Shown: positions 1 through 9,339 of the stretch, piece after piece
Position numbering within the stretch: the first letter of the stretch is position 1
How the letters are laid out: every line of letters begins with the position of its first letter
From: Candidatus Dormiibacterota bacterium
Lineage (GTDB): Bacteria; Chloroflexota; Dormibacteria; Aeolococcales; Aeolococcaceae
Assembly (NCBI GenBank): GCA_963708605.1
Contig: CAVPTG010000007.1
Coordinates: 193,988-257,987 of the forward strand
Length of the DNA stretch: 64,000 bases
Direction: 5' to 3'
Notes under the pieces: generated by a model
The model's database searches: none
Seen by the model: only the letters and a program-made list of their open reading frames with translations
What the model was told of the DNA's origin: nothing
Translations under genes and position numbers: made by a program

Positions 1-1
1 C

Positions 2-607
2 TGCGTGCTCATGGTCGCTGACCGTCCGAGCGTGGTGCACGCCGCGCTCGGTGCAGTACGCAACCACCTCGGGAAGGTGCGCCATCTCTACGACGAGGCG
101 CGCATCGACATGCTCTGGGTCACCGAGTTCCCCATGTTCGAGCGGAGCGACGAGACCGGCGAGATCGGTGCCGCACACCACCCCTTTACGATGATCCACG
201 CCGACGACGTGGACCTCCTGGAGTCGGATCCGCTCGCGGTCCGCTCGCGCGCCTACGACCTCGTCGTCAACGGCCGCGAGATCGGCAGCGGCAGCATCCG
301 CATCACCGACCCCGCCATTCAGCAGCGAGTGCTCGCCGCTCTCGGTATCGACGCCGAGGAGGCGCAGCGCAAGTTCGGCTTCCTGCTCGAGGCCTTCGAG
401 TACGGCGTGCCGCCCCACGGCGGCTGGGCGGGCGGCATCGATCGCATGGTCATGGAAGGCCTTGGCACCGAGAACATCCGCGACGTGATCGCGTATCCCA
501 AGAACCAGCAGGCGCAGGAGCCGATGACCGATGCGCCCGCCCCCGTCGACCCCGGTCAGCTCCGTGACCTGGGCATCGCGATCCTTCCGGCCACGCGGAC
601 ACCGTGA
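2..607 (+). CDS. aspS: aspartyl-tRNA synthetase, C-terminal part (5' end lies upstream of window)
   Basis: Reading frame is open to the window edge. Class-II aaRS C-terminal core 'GGWAGGIDRMVMEGLGTENIRDVIAYPKNQQAQEPM' is typical of bacterial AspRS. Stop at 605-607. Confidence 0.9.
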   Translation, partial: CVLMVADRPSVVHAALGAVRNHLGKVRHLYDEARIDMLWVTEFPMFERSDETGEIGAAHHPFTMIHADDVDLLESDPLAVRSRAYDLVVNGREIGSGSIRITDPAIQQRVLAALGIDAEEAQRKFGFLLEAFEYGVPPHGGWAGGIDRMVMEGLGTENIRDVIAYPKNQQAQEPMTDAPAPVDPGQLRDLGIAILPATRTP

Positions 608-867
608 GCCCGGGGCTCGGCCTCGCGATCCTCTTCGTGCTCATCGGCACATCGCTGTCGGCGTTGGTGATGCCGCGGCGGAGCTCGGTCCTGCTCGCGT
701 TCGTCCTGGCCGCTGCCGGGGTGGTCGCCGGCGAGCTCGTGGCCATCGCGGCCAGGACGGGGGGGCCGCAGCTCGGCGCGCTGCATCCGGTCGCCGATGC
801 GGTCGGCGTCGTCCTCTTCGAAGTCACCGGCGTCGTGCTCGCGCCGGGCCGGCGCAGAGGCCCATAA
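604..867 (+). CDS. hypothetical small membrane protein (3 predicted TM helices)
   Basis: GTG at 604 overlaps the aspS stop (GTGA). 87 aa, almost entirely hydrophobic helices. No family recognised. Confidence 0.5.
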   Translation: MSPGLGLAILFVLIGTSLSALVMPRRSSVLLAFVLAAAGVVAGELVAIAARTGGPQLGALHPVADAVGVVLFEVTGVVLAPGRRRGP

Positions 868-899
868 TCACCGGGTCGGCAATTCGGGAGGCTCGTGGA

Positions 900-1106
900 A
901 TGCGCGTTCCGTTCGGTAAGAAAGGGCTTGTCGCGACAGGCGCGGCCGTGACCGGTGCTGTCTTCTTCTGGCGCGTTCGGGCACGTCGCCGGGAAGAGGC
1001 CGAGGCACGCGAGTGGGAGGCCGAGATCGCCGGTGCCGTCGACGAGGGCCGCGCGGCCGGCGCCGCAGCCCCGTCGGTGCCGTCCTCCGAACCATCCGGC
1101 GCCTGA
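900..1106 (+). CDS. hypothetical small membrane-anchored protein
   Basis: ATG at 900, in frame inside track ORF 531..1106, lies 9 nt after GGGAG. 68 aa with one hydrophobic helix 'GLVATGAAVTGAVFFW', then a charged/Ala-rich tail. Confidence 0.45.
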   Translation: MRVPFGKKGLVATGAAVTGAVFFWRVRARRREEAEAREWEAEIAGAVDEGRAAGAAAPSVPSSEPSGA

Positions 1107-1156
1107 GTCCCGATCCCGGTTTCGGCGCTCGCACCGAGGGGTATGTGAGGAGCGCA

Positions 1157-1591
1157 ATGGGAACCGTTTCTGAGCTCCGGCTGCCGGCTGACCGTGAGCA
1201 CATCCTGGTTGCCAAGCGAGCCGCGGGCGCGTTCGGGTCGCTCGCCGGGTTCGACATGGATGCCATCGACGATTTGACCATCGCAGTCGCCCAGGCGTGC
1301 GAGAACGCGATCCGCTGCCTCGAGGGCTCAGGATCGATCGCGGGCCAGGTGCGTATCGTCTTCAAGATGAGTGACACCGGCCTCGAGGTCACGGTCCGCA
1401 GCACGGTCAACCGGGAAGCCGAGCTCAGGGCTCGGGCCGAGCAGGCCGGGCTCGGGCGCGAGGGAGAGCTTGTCGCCGCCACCGACCTGGCGCTCCGCCT
1501 CATGGGGCTCTTCGTCGACGACAGCACGTATCGGGTCGACGAGCGAACTGGGAGCCTGCGCGTCCGGCTGACCAAATACAAGGCGTCGTGA
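1157..1591 (+). CDS. anti-sigma factor, RsbW/SpoIIAB-like (HATPase-like fold, motifs degenerate)
   Basis: ATG at 1157 inside track ORF 1013..1591; 144 aa. N-box-like helix 'LTIAVAQACENAIRC'. Stop overlaps the sigma-factor start (GTGA at 1588). ATP-binding G-boxes are not obvious. Confidence 0.6.
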   Translation: MGTVSELRLPADREHILVAKRAAGAFGSLAGFDMDAIDDLTIAVAQACENAIRCLEGSGSIAGQVRIVFKMSDTGLEVTVRSTVNREAELRARAEQAGLGREGELVAATDLALRLMGLFVDDSTYRVDERTGSLRVRLTKYKAS

Positions 1592-2406
1592 CCCCCTCGC
1601 CGGGTCGCGGCGACGGTGTGGCGACCCGCGAGCGAACCATCGCGAAACCAGCGGAGACGGCTGAGCGAGCCGAGATGCGGCGTCTGCTGCGCGACTTCAA
1701 CAAGACGCGCGACCCACGCATTCGTGAACGTCTGGTCGAGCTCAACAGCGACCTGGTCCATTACATCGCCCGCCGCTTCGCCAATCGCGGCGAGCCCCTC
1801 GAGGACATCGAGCAGGTCGGGTTCCTCGGCTTGATCCAGGCGATTGAGCGTTTCGACCCGTCGCTCGAGAACGAGTTCAGCACCTTCGCGACCCCGACCA
1901 TTGCCGGCGAGATCCGCCGCCACTTCCGCGACCGCTCCTGGGCGGTACGGGTGCCGCGGCGCCTCCAGGAGAACCTGGCCAAGGTGAACGCCGCCACGCA
2001 GCAGCTCCAGAACGAGCTGGGCAGGTCGCCATCCGTCGCCGAGATCGCGGCGAAGGTGGGGCTCGAGCCCGACCAGGTGCTGGCCGCGATGGAGGTCGCC
2101 CCCGCCCAGCACACGGTCTCCTTGGACGGCCCGGTGGGTGGCGGCGACGAACCGCTGACCCTGGGGGACCGGCTCGGACTGTCCGACGACAACCTCGACC
2201 GCGTCGAGATGCAGGACGTCCTCGAGCAGGTGATGGCCCACCTCACGCCGCGCGAACGCAAGATCCTCGCGCTGCGATTTGTCGAACAATTGCCGCAAAC
2301 CGAGGTCGCAAAACGGCTCGGTATTTCGCAAATGCACGTCTCACGATTGCAGCGCGCGGCAGTCGAGCACCTTCGCAAGGAGTTCGGAGCCGAGGCGCCC
2401 GTGTAG
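1588..2406 (+). CDS. RNA polymerase sigma factor, SigB/SigF/SigG group
   Basis: 272 aa with sigma-70 regions 2-4: 'DLVHYIARRFANRGEPLEDIEQVGFLGLIQAIERFDP', 'FSTFATPTIAGEIRRHFRD', and the C-terminal HTH 'TEVAKRLGISQMHVSRLQ'. Confidence 0.9.
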   Translation: MTPSPGRGDGVATRERTIAKPAETAERAEMRRLLRDFNKTRDPRIRERLVELNSDLVHYIARRFANRGEPLEDIEQVGFLGLIQAIERFDPSLENEFSTFATPTIAGEIRRHFRDRSWAVRVPRRLQENLAKVNAATQQLQNELGRSPSVAEIAAKVGLEPDQVLAAMEVAPAQHTVSLDGPVGGGDEPLTLGDRLGLSDDNLDRVEMQDVLEQVMAHLTPRERKILALRFVEQLPQTEVAKRLGISQMHVSRLQRAAVEHLRKEFGAEAPV

Positions 2407-2408
2407 AA

Positions 2409-2435
2409 TTCGACAACTTGCTGTCGAATACTTTT
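2409..2435 (+). terminator. possible intrinsic terminator after the sigma-factor gene
   Basis: 7-bp inverted repeat ttcgaca / tgtcgaa (2409-2415 and 2422-2428) followed by 'tactttt'. The T-tract is short. Confidence 0.4.
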
Positions 2436-5043
2436 GCACGTGCTCAGCTCTGAGATCCGGGAGCGATTTCTTCGCTTCTTCGAAGAGCGCGGGCATTTCC
2501 GACTCGCGAGCTTTCCGCTCATTCCCCACGACGATCCGTCGCTTCTCTTCACTGTGGCCGGCATGGTGCCGCTGAAACCGTGGATCACCGGACAGCGCAC
2601 GCCACCATCACGCGACCTCGTCTCGTGCCAGAAATGCTTTCGCGGCGCCGGGCTGAAATACGACGACATCGCGTCGGTCGGTGACCCGACGCATCACACC
2701 TTTTTCGAGATGCTCGGCAACTGGTCGATCGGCCATTACTTCAAAGAAGGTGCCATCGATTACGCGTGGGAGTTCTCCACCAAGGTGCTCGGTCTCGACC
2801 CCGAGCGTCTCTGGCCGAGCATCTACCCGGATGACACCGAGTCGGAGCGGCTCTGGGTCGAGCGGATCGGCGTTCCCCGCGAACGCATCTCGCGCCTGAC
2901 CGAGAACTGGTGGGCGGCCGGCCCGACCGGTCCATGCGGCTACGACAGCGAGCTGTACTTCGACTGGGGCGGCCCGTGCTCCTGTGGACGGACCGACTGC
3001 ACGCCGCAGGACGAGTGCGGGGGAGACCGATACGAGGAGTTCTGGAACCTGGTCTTCATGGAGTTCGACCAGCAGCCCGACGGATCCCGGCCGCTTCTCC
3101 CCAACCCGACCGTCGACACCGGGCTCGGATTCGATCGGATCGTCGCGATCGTGCAGGGCGACCGGACGGGGTACGGGACCGACCACTTCGCTCCGCTCGT
3201 CGACGGCTTCAAGGCCCGGGCGGCGGCCGATGCCTCCGATCCGTCGCTGGAGCGATCCTTCTACGTTCTCGCCGACCATCTCCGTGGCGCGGGGTTCCTC
3301 ATCTCCGCCGGCGTGCTCCCCGCCAACGAGGGGCGCGGCTACGTGCTCCGGAGGCTCGTCCGGCGCGCCGCCGTGCATGCTCGTCGCGTGGCGCTGCGGG
3401 GTGGGCTCGCCGCCGGCACTCCGGAGCTCGTGGCGGTCATGGGTCCGGTCTACCCGGAGCTCGTCGAGTTTCGCGGGCTGATCGAGGAGACGCTACGAAT
3501 CGAGGAGGAGGCGTTCGCTCGAACGCTGGACGCCGGGACGGAGCGCCTCGCGGCACTGCTCTCGACGAACCCGAGCAGGATCGACGGCGCCGACGCCTTC
3601 CGCCTCTATGACACCTTCGGGCTTCCGATCGAGTTAACCGTCGAGATGGCAGCCGAGCGCGGGGCAAGCGTCGACCTCGAGGGTTTCGAGGCGGCGATGC
3701 AGGAACAGCGTGAGCGTGGTCAGGCATCCGCGCGCCGGGTGGGCTTTGCCGGCGCCGACGCGCTGCCGCCGACCCGGTTCGTGGGCTACGACCTCCTGGA
3801 AACCAACTCGACGGTGCTCCGCCTCGGGCTGGGCAGCGAGATCGACGTGCTCCGTGCGGGTGAGAGCGCTCCGGCGCTGCTCGACGTGTCGCCGTTCTAC
3901 GCTGAAGCCGGCGGCCAGGTCGGCGACACCGGCTCATTTTCCTGGCCGGGTGGGAGCGCCGCCGTCCGCGACACGCAGCCGATCGCGGGGAGCGATGCTC
4001 GCGCCCACGACGTGCTCGTCCAATCGGGAGAGCTGCGGCCCGGCCAGGCCGTCCATGCAGCCGTCGACCCCGAGCGCCGCGGCCGGGTCGCGCGCCACCA
4101 CAGCGCCACCCATCTGCTCAACCGCGCGCTTCGCGAGGTCCTCGGCAACGGCGTCGTCCAGCGAGGATCGTTCGTGGGCCCGGATCACGCGACCTTCGAC
4201 TTCTCATTCCCGAGGGCGCTCACCGCCGATGAGCTCACCGACATCGAGCACCGCGTCAACGACGGCATCAGGCGCAACCTCGAGCGCACCGTGGCGCTCA
4301 TGCCCCTTGCGGATGCGCGCGCCAGCGGCGCGATCGCGCTGATCGACGAGGCGTACTCGCCCGATGTCCGGGTGGTCGATTTCGGCGGCTGGTCCCGCGA
4401 GTTGTGTGGGGGCACGCACGTCAGCCGAAGCGGCGACCTGGGTGCGGCGATCCTCGTCTCGGAGAGCAGCATCGGTCAGGGCATCCGTCGCATCGAGATG
4501 GTCTCCGGCGAGAGCGCCGAGGAACGCTGGCGGCGCATTGGGGCGGCGCTCGTGTCGACTGCCAGGGCGCTCAAGACCCGTCCGGAAGAGGTCCCCGAGC
4601 GTGTGGCGGCACTGCAGGACCAGATCCGCAAGCTCAGCCGGGAGGTGACCCAGGCTCGGCAGGCCGCGCCGCCGAGCGTGGCCACTGACGCGGCGATCGT
4701 GGAGGACGCGGGGGGCGTTCCCTTTGCCCACCTGCTGCTCGACGGCGTCGACGCCGACGGCGTCTCCCAGGCCGGGGATCTGCTCCTCGCCGACCGGCTC
4801 CAGGGTGACGGCGTCGCCGCGGTGCTCGGTCCAGCCACGCTGGTCGTCAAGGTGGGCGGCCGGGCGCTCGAGGCCGGACTTCACGCTGGGACGCTGGTCA
4901 CCGGCGCCGCCGAGATCACCGGCGGCAAGGGTGGCGGACGTCCCGACCTGGGACGGGGCAAGGTCGGCGACCCGGCCAAACGCGAGGCTGCGGTGTCGCT
5001 GCTGCGCGCCGCGATCACCCAGACGATGGGGCACGCGGCCTGA
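2434..5043 (+). CDS. alaS: alanyl-tRNA synthetase
   Basis: 869 aa with 'FTVAGMVPLKPW', 'WWAAGPTGPCGYDSELYFD' and the editing-domain 'HHSATHLL'. Start is TTG 2434 or GTG 2440. Confidence 0.95.
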   Translation: MHVLSSEIRERFLRFFEERGHFRLASFPLIPHDDPSLLFTVAGMVPLKPWITGQRTPPSRDLVSCQKCFRGAGLKYDDIASVGDPTHHTFFEMLGNWSIGHYFKEGAIDYAWEFSTKVLGLDPERLWPSIYPDDTESERLWVERIGVPRERISRLTENWWAAGPTGPCGYDSELYFDWGGPCSCGRTDCTPQDECGGDRYEEFWNLVFMEFDQQPDGSRPLLPNPTVDTGLGFDRIVAIVQGDRTGYGTDHFAPLVDGFKARAAADASDPSLERSFYVLADHLRGAGFLISAGVLPANEGRGYVLRRLVRRAAVHARRVALRGGLAAGTPELVAVMGPVYPELVEFRGLIEETLRIEEEAFARTLDAGTERLAALLSTNPSRIDGADAFRLYDTFGLPIELTVEMAAERGASVDLEGFEAAMQEQRERGQASARRVGFAGADALPPTRFVGYDLLETNSTVLRLGLGSEIDVLRAGESAPALLDVSPFYAEAGGQVGDTGSFSWPGGSAAVRDTQPIAGSDARAHDVLVQSGELRPGQAVHAAVDPERRGRVARHHSATHLLNRALREVLGNGVVQRGSFVGPDHATFDFSFPRALTADELTDIEHRVNDGIRRNLERTVALMPLADARASGAIALIDEAYSPDVRVVDFGGWSRELCGGTHVSRSGDLGAAILVSESSIGQGIRRIEMVSGESAEERWRRIGAALVSTARALKTRPEEVPERVAALQDQIRKLSREVTQARQAAPPSVATDAAIVEDAGGVPFAHLLLDGVDADGVSQAGDLLLADRLQGDGVAAVLGPATLVVKVGGRALEAGLHAGTLVTGAAEITGGKGGGRPDLGRGKVGDPAKREAAVSLLRAAITQTMGHAA

Positions 5044-6308
5044 TGCCCAAGCGAAAGTTCGCACTGCTGAAGCGGCGCGAAGAGTTCCAGAGCCACTTCA
5101 CCGTCCTCGATATCGGGACGGAGTTCGTCAAAGCGCTGATCGTCAAGCGCGAGAACGACAAGGGCATCGTGCTCGGCGTCGGCAAGGTGCGCCAGGCGCA
5201 GTCGCACATGCAGGCGGGCGCCGTCGCCGACCTCCAGGCGGTCATCGACAACTGTGACCGTGCGCTCACCGAGGCCGAGGACATGTGCGAGACCATCCCC
5301 GGCCAGGCGGTCATCGGCATCGCCGGCGAGCAGGTGCGCGGCTTCAGCACGACGATGACCATGCCGCGGCCGCAACCGCAAGCCCGCATCACCCAGGCCG
5401 ACCTCGCGACCGCGCTCCAGGCGGTGCAGCGACGCGCGCTCCGCGAGGCAGTGCGGCAGATGTCGCACGACCTCGGCGTCCAGGAGGTCAACGTCAAGCT
5501 GGTCCACAGCACCATCACCTCGGTGCGTATCGACGGCTATGCGGTCAGCAACCCGGTGGACTTCCAGGGCCACGTCGTCGAGATCACGGTGTTCAACACG
5601 TTCGCGCCGCTCACTCATATTGGAGCGCTGCAAGCCATTGCGCAGGAGCTGGACCTCGAGCTCGTCGCCACGGTCGCCGAGCCATATGCCCTGGCCCGGG
5701 GCTGCGCCTCCGCGGAGTCGCACGAGCTGGGCGCCATCTTCGTCGACGTCGGCGGCGGGACGACCGACATCGCCGTGGTCCGGCGTGGCGGCATCGAGGC
5801 GACGAGAATGTTCGCGCTCGGAGGACGCTCGTTCACCAAGCGGCTCGCGACCGACCTCTCGATGGACCTCGACGAGGCCGAGCGCTTCAAGGTCGCCCAC
5901 TCCGAGGGCCATCTGGCCGCGGAGCAGAGCGCCATGGCGCGCCGCGCGTTGACCCCGACTGCGGAGGTCCTCGCCCAGGGCGTCGCCCTGACCCTCGAGG
6001 AGCTCGCCGGTCCGGATCCGCTCCCAGGGTCAATCTGCCTCGCCGGTGGAGGGTCCGCGCTCCCGGAGGTGGCCGAGCAACTTCGTATCCTCGACTGGTC
6101 GGACACGGTCCCCTTCACGCGCCCGCCGACGGTCAAGGTCCTCGGGCCGGGCGACGTGACCGGTGTGTACGACACGACCGGCCTGCTGGTCGGGAGCCAG
6201 GACGTCACCCCGATGGGGCTTGCGCGACACGCCGTGACGCTGGAAGATGACGCGGACGAGCCCCTGGGAGGACTCATGCGCCGCGTTTTGAAGACGATGA
6301 AGGTATAG
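5043..6308 (+). CDS. actin-fold ATPase, FtsA/PilM-like
   Basis: 421 aa with 'VLDIGTEFVKALIV' (phosphate-1), 'IFVDVGGGTTDIAVV' (phosphate-2) and 'ICLAGGGSALPEV' (adenosine motif). The ATG shares one base with the alaS stop. Confidence 0.7.
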   Translation: MPKRKFALLKRREEFQSHFTVLDIGTEFVKALIVKRENDKGIVLGVGKVRQAQSHMQAGAVADLQAVIDNCDRALTEAEDMCETIPGQAVIGIAGEQVRGFSTTMTMPRPQPQARITQADLATALQAVQRRALREAVRQMSHDLGVQEVNVKLVHSTITSVRIDGYAVSNPVDFQGHVVEITVFNTFAPLTHIGALQAIAQELDLELVATVAEPYALARGCASAESHELGAIFVDVGGGTTDIAVVRRGGIEATRMFALGGRSFTKRLATDLSMDLDEAERFKVAHSEGHLAAEQSAMARRALTPTAEVLAQGVALTLEELAGPDPLPGSICLAGGGSALPEVAEQLRILDWSDTVPFTRPPTVKVLGPGDVTGVYDTTGLLVGSQDVTPMGLARHAVTLEDDADEPLGGLMRRVLKTMKV

Positions 6309-6314
6309 GCGCCG

Positions 6315-8048
6315 ATGCCGGCTGTTGTGATCACCAAGCCCGACGACGAGATCGCGGATCTCATCGAGCGGGTTCGCGCGTCCGCCGACCCGGACGTGGG
6401 GCTCGTGGTGCCGGGGTCGAGCCGAGCGCTCGAGACGCCGCTCAACGTTCGCCTGCTCGCCCAGTTCAGCAACCAGTCGGGACGTCGCACCTCGATCGTC
6501 ACCGAGGACCCCCGCCTCCAGCAGCTGGCTCGGGCCAGCGGCCTTCCTGTCTACGGCTCGGTCCCCGCCTTCGAGCGCGGCATCGAGCTGGCCGGGCCCC
6601 GCGCGGGCGGCTCCGCAGCCGGACGCGGTTTGGCCGCAGGGGCCGGAGGTCTGGCCGCCGCCGCCGTCCTGGAACCGCCGCCGGCCCCGCCACCATCGCC
6701 GCCGCCGCTCAGCCCACCGGCCCACGCGCCGGCAACCTCCAGGTTGGAACCGCGACGGGTGATCACGCAGCTGCCACCCGCCGGGCGACCGCCACGCGGA
6801 TTGGATCGCCGCCGGTTCCTGTACATCGCGGCTGCCGCCCTCGCGATCATCGGGATCGTGCTGTTCATGGCGCTCGCCCCGTCGGCCAAGGTCACGATCA
6901 CCATCGCGGCAACGCCGCTCTCGGTCAGCTCGACGATTCAGGGAACGACCAATCCCGCGGCGGCCACCGCAGCCGACCACGTGCTCACCGGCGTGGTGAG
7001 CAGCGCCGGGTCGTCACAGTTCACGGCAACTCCGACCGGAACCAAGACCCTACCGGCGGTGGCGGCGAAGGCGACACTGACGTTTTCGACCGACGCCACC
7101 AGCGACGTCTCATTCACCCTCCCGCCCGGCAACGCGAGTTCGCAGGTGCAGAGCGCCGACCAGTCGGCCACCTTCGGACCGGCCCGGAGCACCGTGATCT
7201 GCATCGGTCCGCAAAACCCGCCACCGACCAACTCCGCATGTGGGACGAATCCCTACAACGCGACCGCGCCCTATGTGGACCTCACCGCCGGGGCAAACGG
7301 CAACGTCGGCTCGGGCACGCTCACGCTGTGGCAGGGCGATCCGTGTCCCAATCCCTTGCTCTGCCCCGGTATCCACATCAGCGTGACCAACAATGCCCCT
7401 GCCGCCGGGGGCGCCGATCCGAAACAGGTGACCGCCGCAAGCGCCACGGACGTCGCCAACTGGACCGCGCAGGTGACCACCGTCGAGGCTCAGCTCACGA
7501 GCCAGATGCAGGCGGAGTTGGTGGCGCACGCGGCTGGGAAGCCGATCGCCAGGGACCCGGCCGGCAACGGCGAGGCAACCGCGTTCGTGGTGACACCGCA
7601 AGCATTTCCACCCGCGGTCGGAGCGCAATTCGCCGCCACCCAGGTCACGGTGAAGGGGGCCGCGGAGGCGGCCATCTACGACCTCGCTGCGGTGCACAAC
7701 GATGTCATCGCCGATCTCAACAAACTAGTCCATCCCGGCGATGTTCTCGCGACCGGCAGCCTGACCACGCCGCCGTGCGCGGTGACGCAGGCGAATGTCA
7801 ACGGCACCGTGATCCTCGCCTGTTCGGCCACCGCGTTCAGCCAGCCCCAGGTCAACCTGAACGCGCTGAAAGCCCAGCTCACCGGCCGAAACCCGTCCAA
7901 GGCCCAGGCAATCGTTCAGGGCAACGTCGCCAAGGTCCAGGGCGTGACCGTCTCCGAGTGGCCCTTCAAGCTGTTCTATCTTCCGCTGCGCGCGTCACAG
8001 ATCGATATCGTCGAGAATTTCGTAGCGCCGACAACCAAGTCGCCATGA
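6315..8048 (+). CDS. bitopic membrane protein of unknown function (cytoplasmic N-domain, Pro-rich linker, TM, large Cys-paired outer domain)
   Basis: 577 aa. About 95-aa N-domain, then a Gly/Ala-rich and Pro-rich linker (aa ~95-160). One TM helix 'FLYIAAAALAIIGIVLFMALAP' (nt ~6816-6881). About 390-aa Thr/Ala-rich distal domain with three Cys pairs. Stop overlaps the ruvX start. No family recognised by eye. Confidence 0.7.
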   Translation: MPAVVITKPDDEIADLIERVRASADPDVGLVVPGSSRALETPLNVRLLAQFSNQSGRRTSIVTEDPRLQQLARASGLPVYGSVPAFERGIELAGPRAGGSAAGRGLAAGAGGLAAAAVLEPPPAPPPSPPPLSPPAHAPATSRLEPRRVITQLPPAGRPPRGLDRRRFLYIAAAALAIIGIVLFMALAPSAKVTITIAATPLSVSSTIQGTTNPAAATAADHVLTGVVSSAGSSQFTATPTGTKTLPAVAAKATLTFSTDATSDVSFTLPPGNASSQVQSADQSATFGPARSTVICIGPQNPPPTNSACGTNPYNATAPYVDLTAGANGNVGSGTLTLWQGDPCPNPLLCPGIHISVTNNAPAAGGADPKQVTAASATDVANWTAQVTTVEAQLTSQMQAELVAHAAGKPIARDPAGNGEATAFVVTPQAFPPAVGAQFAATQVTVKGAAEAAIYDLAAVHNDVIADLNKLVHPGDVLATGSLTTPPCAVTQANVNGTVILACSATAFSQPQVNLNALKAQLTGRNPSKAQAIVQGNVAKVQGVTVSEWPFKLFYLPLRASQIDIVENFVAPTTKSP

Positions 8049-8506
8049 GCGCGACCGGGGACGGTACCGGTGGGAGACGCGTCCTCGGCATCGACGTCGG
8101 TACTGTCCGGGTCGGGCTTGCCGTCTCCGACGAGACGTGCACCCTGGCTACTCCGCTTGCGACGATTCCAAACAACTCGCGGACGATGTGGGCACGCATC
8201 GCCCGCGAGATGGAAGATCGCCATGTGGACCGTGTGGTGATCGGGTTGCCCCGCCGTCTCGATGGGAGCGAGGGTGACGCGTCTGCGCATGCTCGACGGT
8301 TCGCCGCCGACCTCGCCGAGCGCACGGCGACGCCGATCGAGCTCTGGGATGAGCGTTTCACGACAACCATCGCCGAGCGCTCGCTCATCGAAAGCGGTGT
8401 TCGCCGCAAGCGACGGCGCGAGGTGATCGACGCGGTGGCGGCAGCGGTCCTGCTCCAGAGCTGGCTCGACGCCCGGCGGATCGCCGCGGCGCGCCCAGCC
8501 CGGTGA
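8045..8506 (+). CDS. ruvX: Holliday junction resolvase-like nuclease RuvX/YqgF
   Basis: ATG 8045 (inside track ORF 7238..8506) overlaps the upstream stop (ATGA). Motifs 'VLGIDVGTVRVGLAVSD' and 'VVIGLPRRLDGSEG'. Confidence 0.9.
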   Translation: MSATGDGTGGRRVLGIDVGTVRVGLAVSDETCTLATPLATIPNNSRTMWARIAREMEDRHVDRVVIGLPRRLDGSEGDASAHARRFAADLAERTATPIELWDERFTTTIAERSLIESGVRRKRRREVIDAVAAAVLLQSWLDARRIAAARPAR

Positions 8507-9339
8507 GCACGCTGCCGCTCCGGCTCTGCCTGGTCGGATCCGGCATCGCGAGATCGCCGAGCCCGGTCATGCACCAGGCGGCGATGCAGGCCTCGGGCGT
8601 CGAGGGCACGTACGTCATTCGCGACCTGGCGGCCTCGGAGATCGATGCATTCGTGGCAGAGCTTCGGGAGGGCCGCTTCACGGGATGCAACGTCACCACG
8701 CCATACAAAGCGGTGCTGGCAGCCCGGTGCGATTACCTCGAGGGCGACGCCGAGTCCCTTGGCGTCGTCAACACGATCACGGTGCGCGGGGGACGGCTCC
8801 TCGGGGTCACCACCGACGCCGACGGTTTCGAGGCGGCGCTGAGCGAGGAATCGATGTGGCCACGTCAGGGCGCGACCGCGCTGGTGCTGGGAGCGGGCGG
8901 GGCGGCCGCTGCGGTCGCGCTCGCACTGACCCGGGTCCCCCTGCTCCGCCTGCGGATCGCCGCTCGCCGGGACGCGGCTGCCGCCGACCTCGTCGGTCGC
9001 CTTCGCGGATCTGGCGACGTCGCGACCATTCCATGGGATCGCGAATCCATAGCCGCCACCAGCAGGCATTCCTCGGTCGTGGTCAACGCAACCCCGGCCG
9101 GGCTGGAGTCGCTGCCATTCGATCCGCGATCGGTTCCAACCGCGTGCAGCGTCGTCGACCTCCGCTATCGACCGCGTCCGGTCGACGTCGTGGCCGCCGC
9201 CATCGAGACAGGCCATCGCGCCAGCGATGGGCTCGAGATGCTGCTCCAGCAGGGTCTGCTGAGCTTCGAGATCTGGACCGGCAAGGTCGCGCCTGCGGCT
9301 GCGGTTCGCAGCGCGCTGATCCGGGCAGTCGAGGCGTGA
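8503..9339 (+). CDS. aroE: shikimate dehydrogenase
   Basis: 278 aa with 'SPSPVMHQAA', 'GCNVTTPYK' and the Gly-rich 'LVLGAGGAAAAVA'. GTG overlaps the ruvX stop. Confidence 0.9.
   Translation: MSTLPLRLCLVGSGIARSPSPVMHQAAMQASGVEGTYVIRDLAASEIDAFVAELREGRFTGCNVTTPYKAVLAARCDYLEGDAESLGVVNTITVRGGRLLGVTTDADGFEAALSEESMWPRQGATALVLGAGGAAAAVALALTRVPLLRLRIAARRDAAAADLVGRLRGSGDVATIPWDRESIAATSRHSSVVVNATPAGLESLPFDPRSVPTACSVVDLRYRPRPVDVVAAAIETGHRASDGLEMLLQQGLLSFEIWTGKVAPAAAVRSALIRAVEA

Noticed and set aside
868-2337. 489-aa minus-strand ORF covering the anti-sigma/sigma-factor region
   Set aside because: It is antisense to two well-supported genes. The product is Arg/Pro/Gly-rich low-complexity sequence with no motifs. 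Long antisense ORFs of this kind are expected in high-GC DNA.
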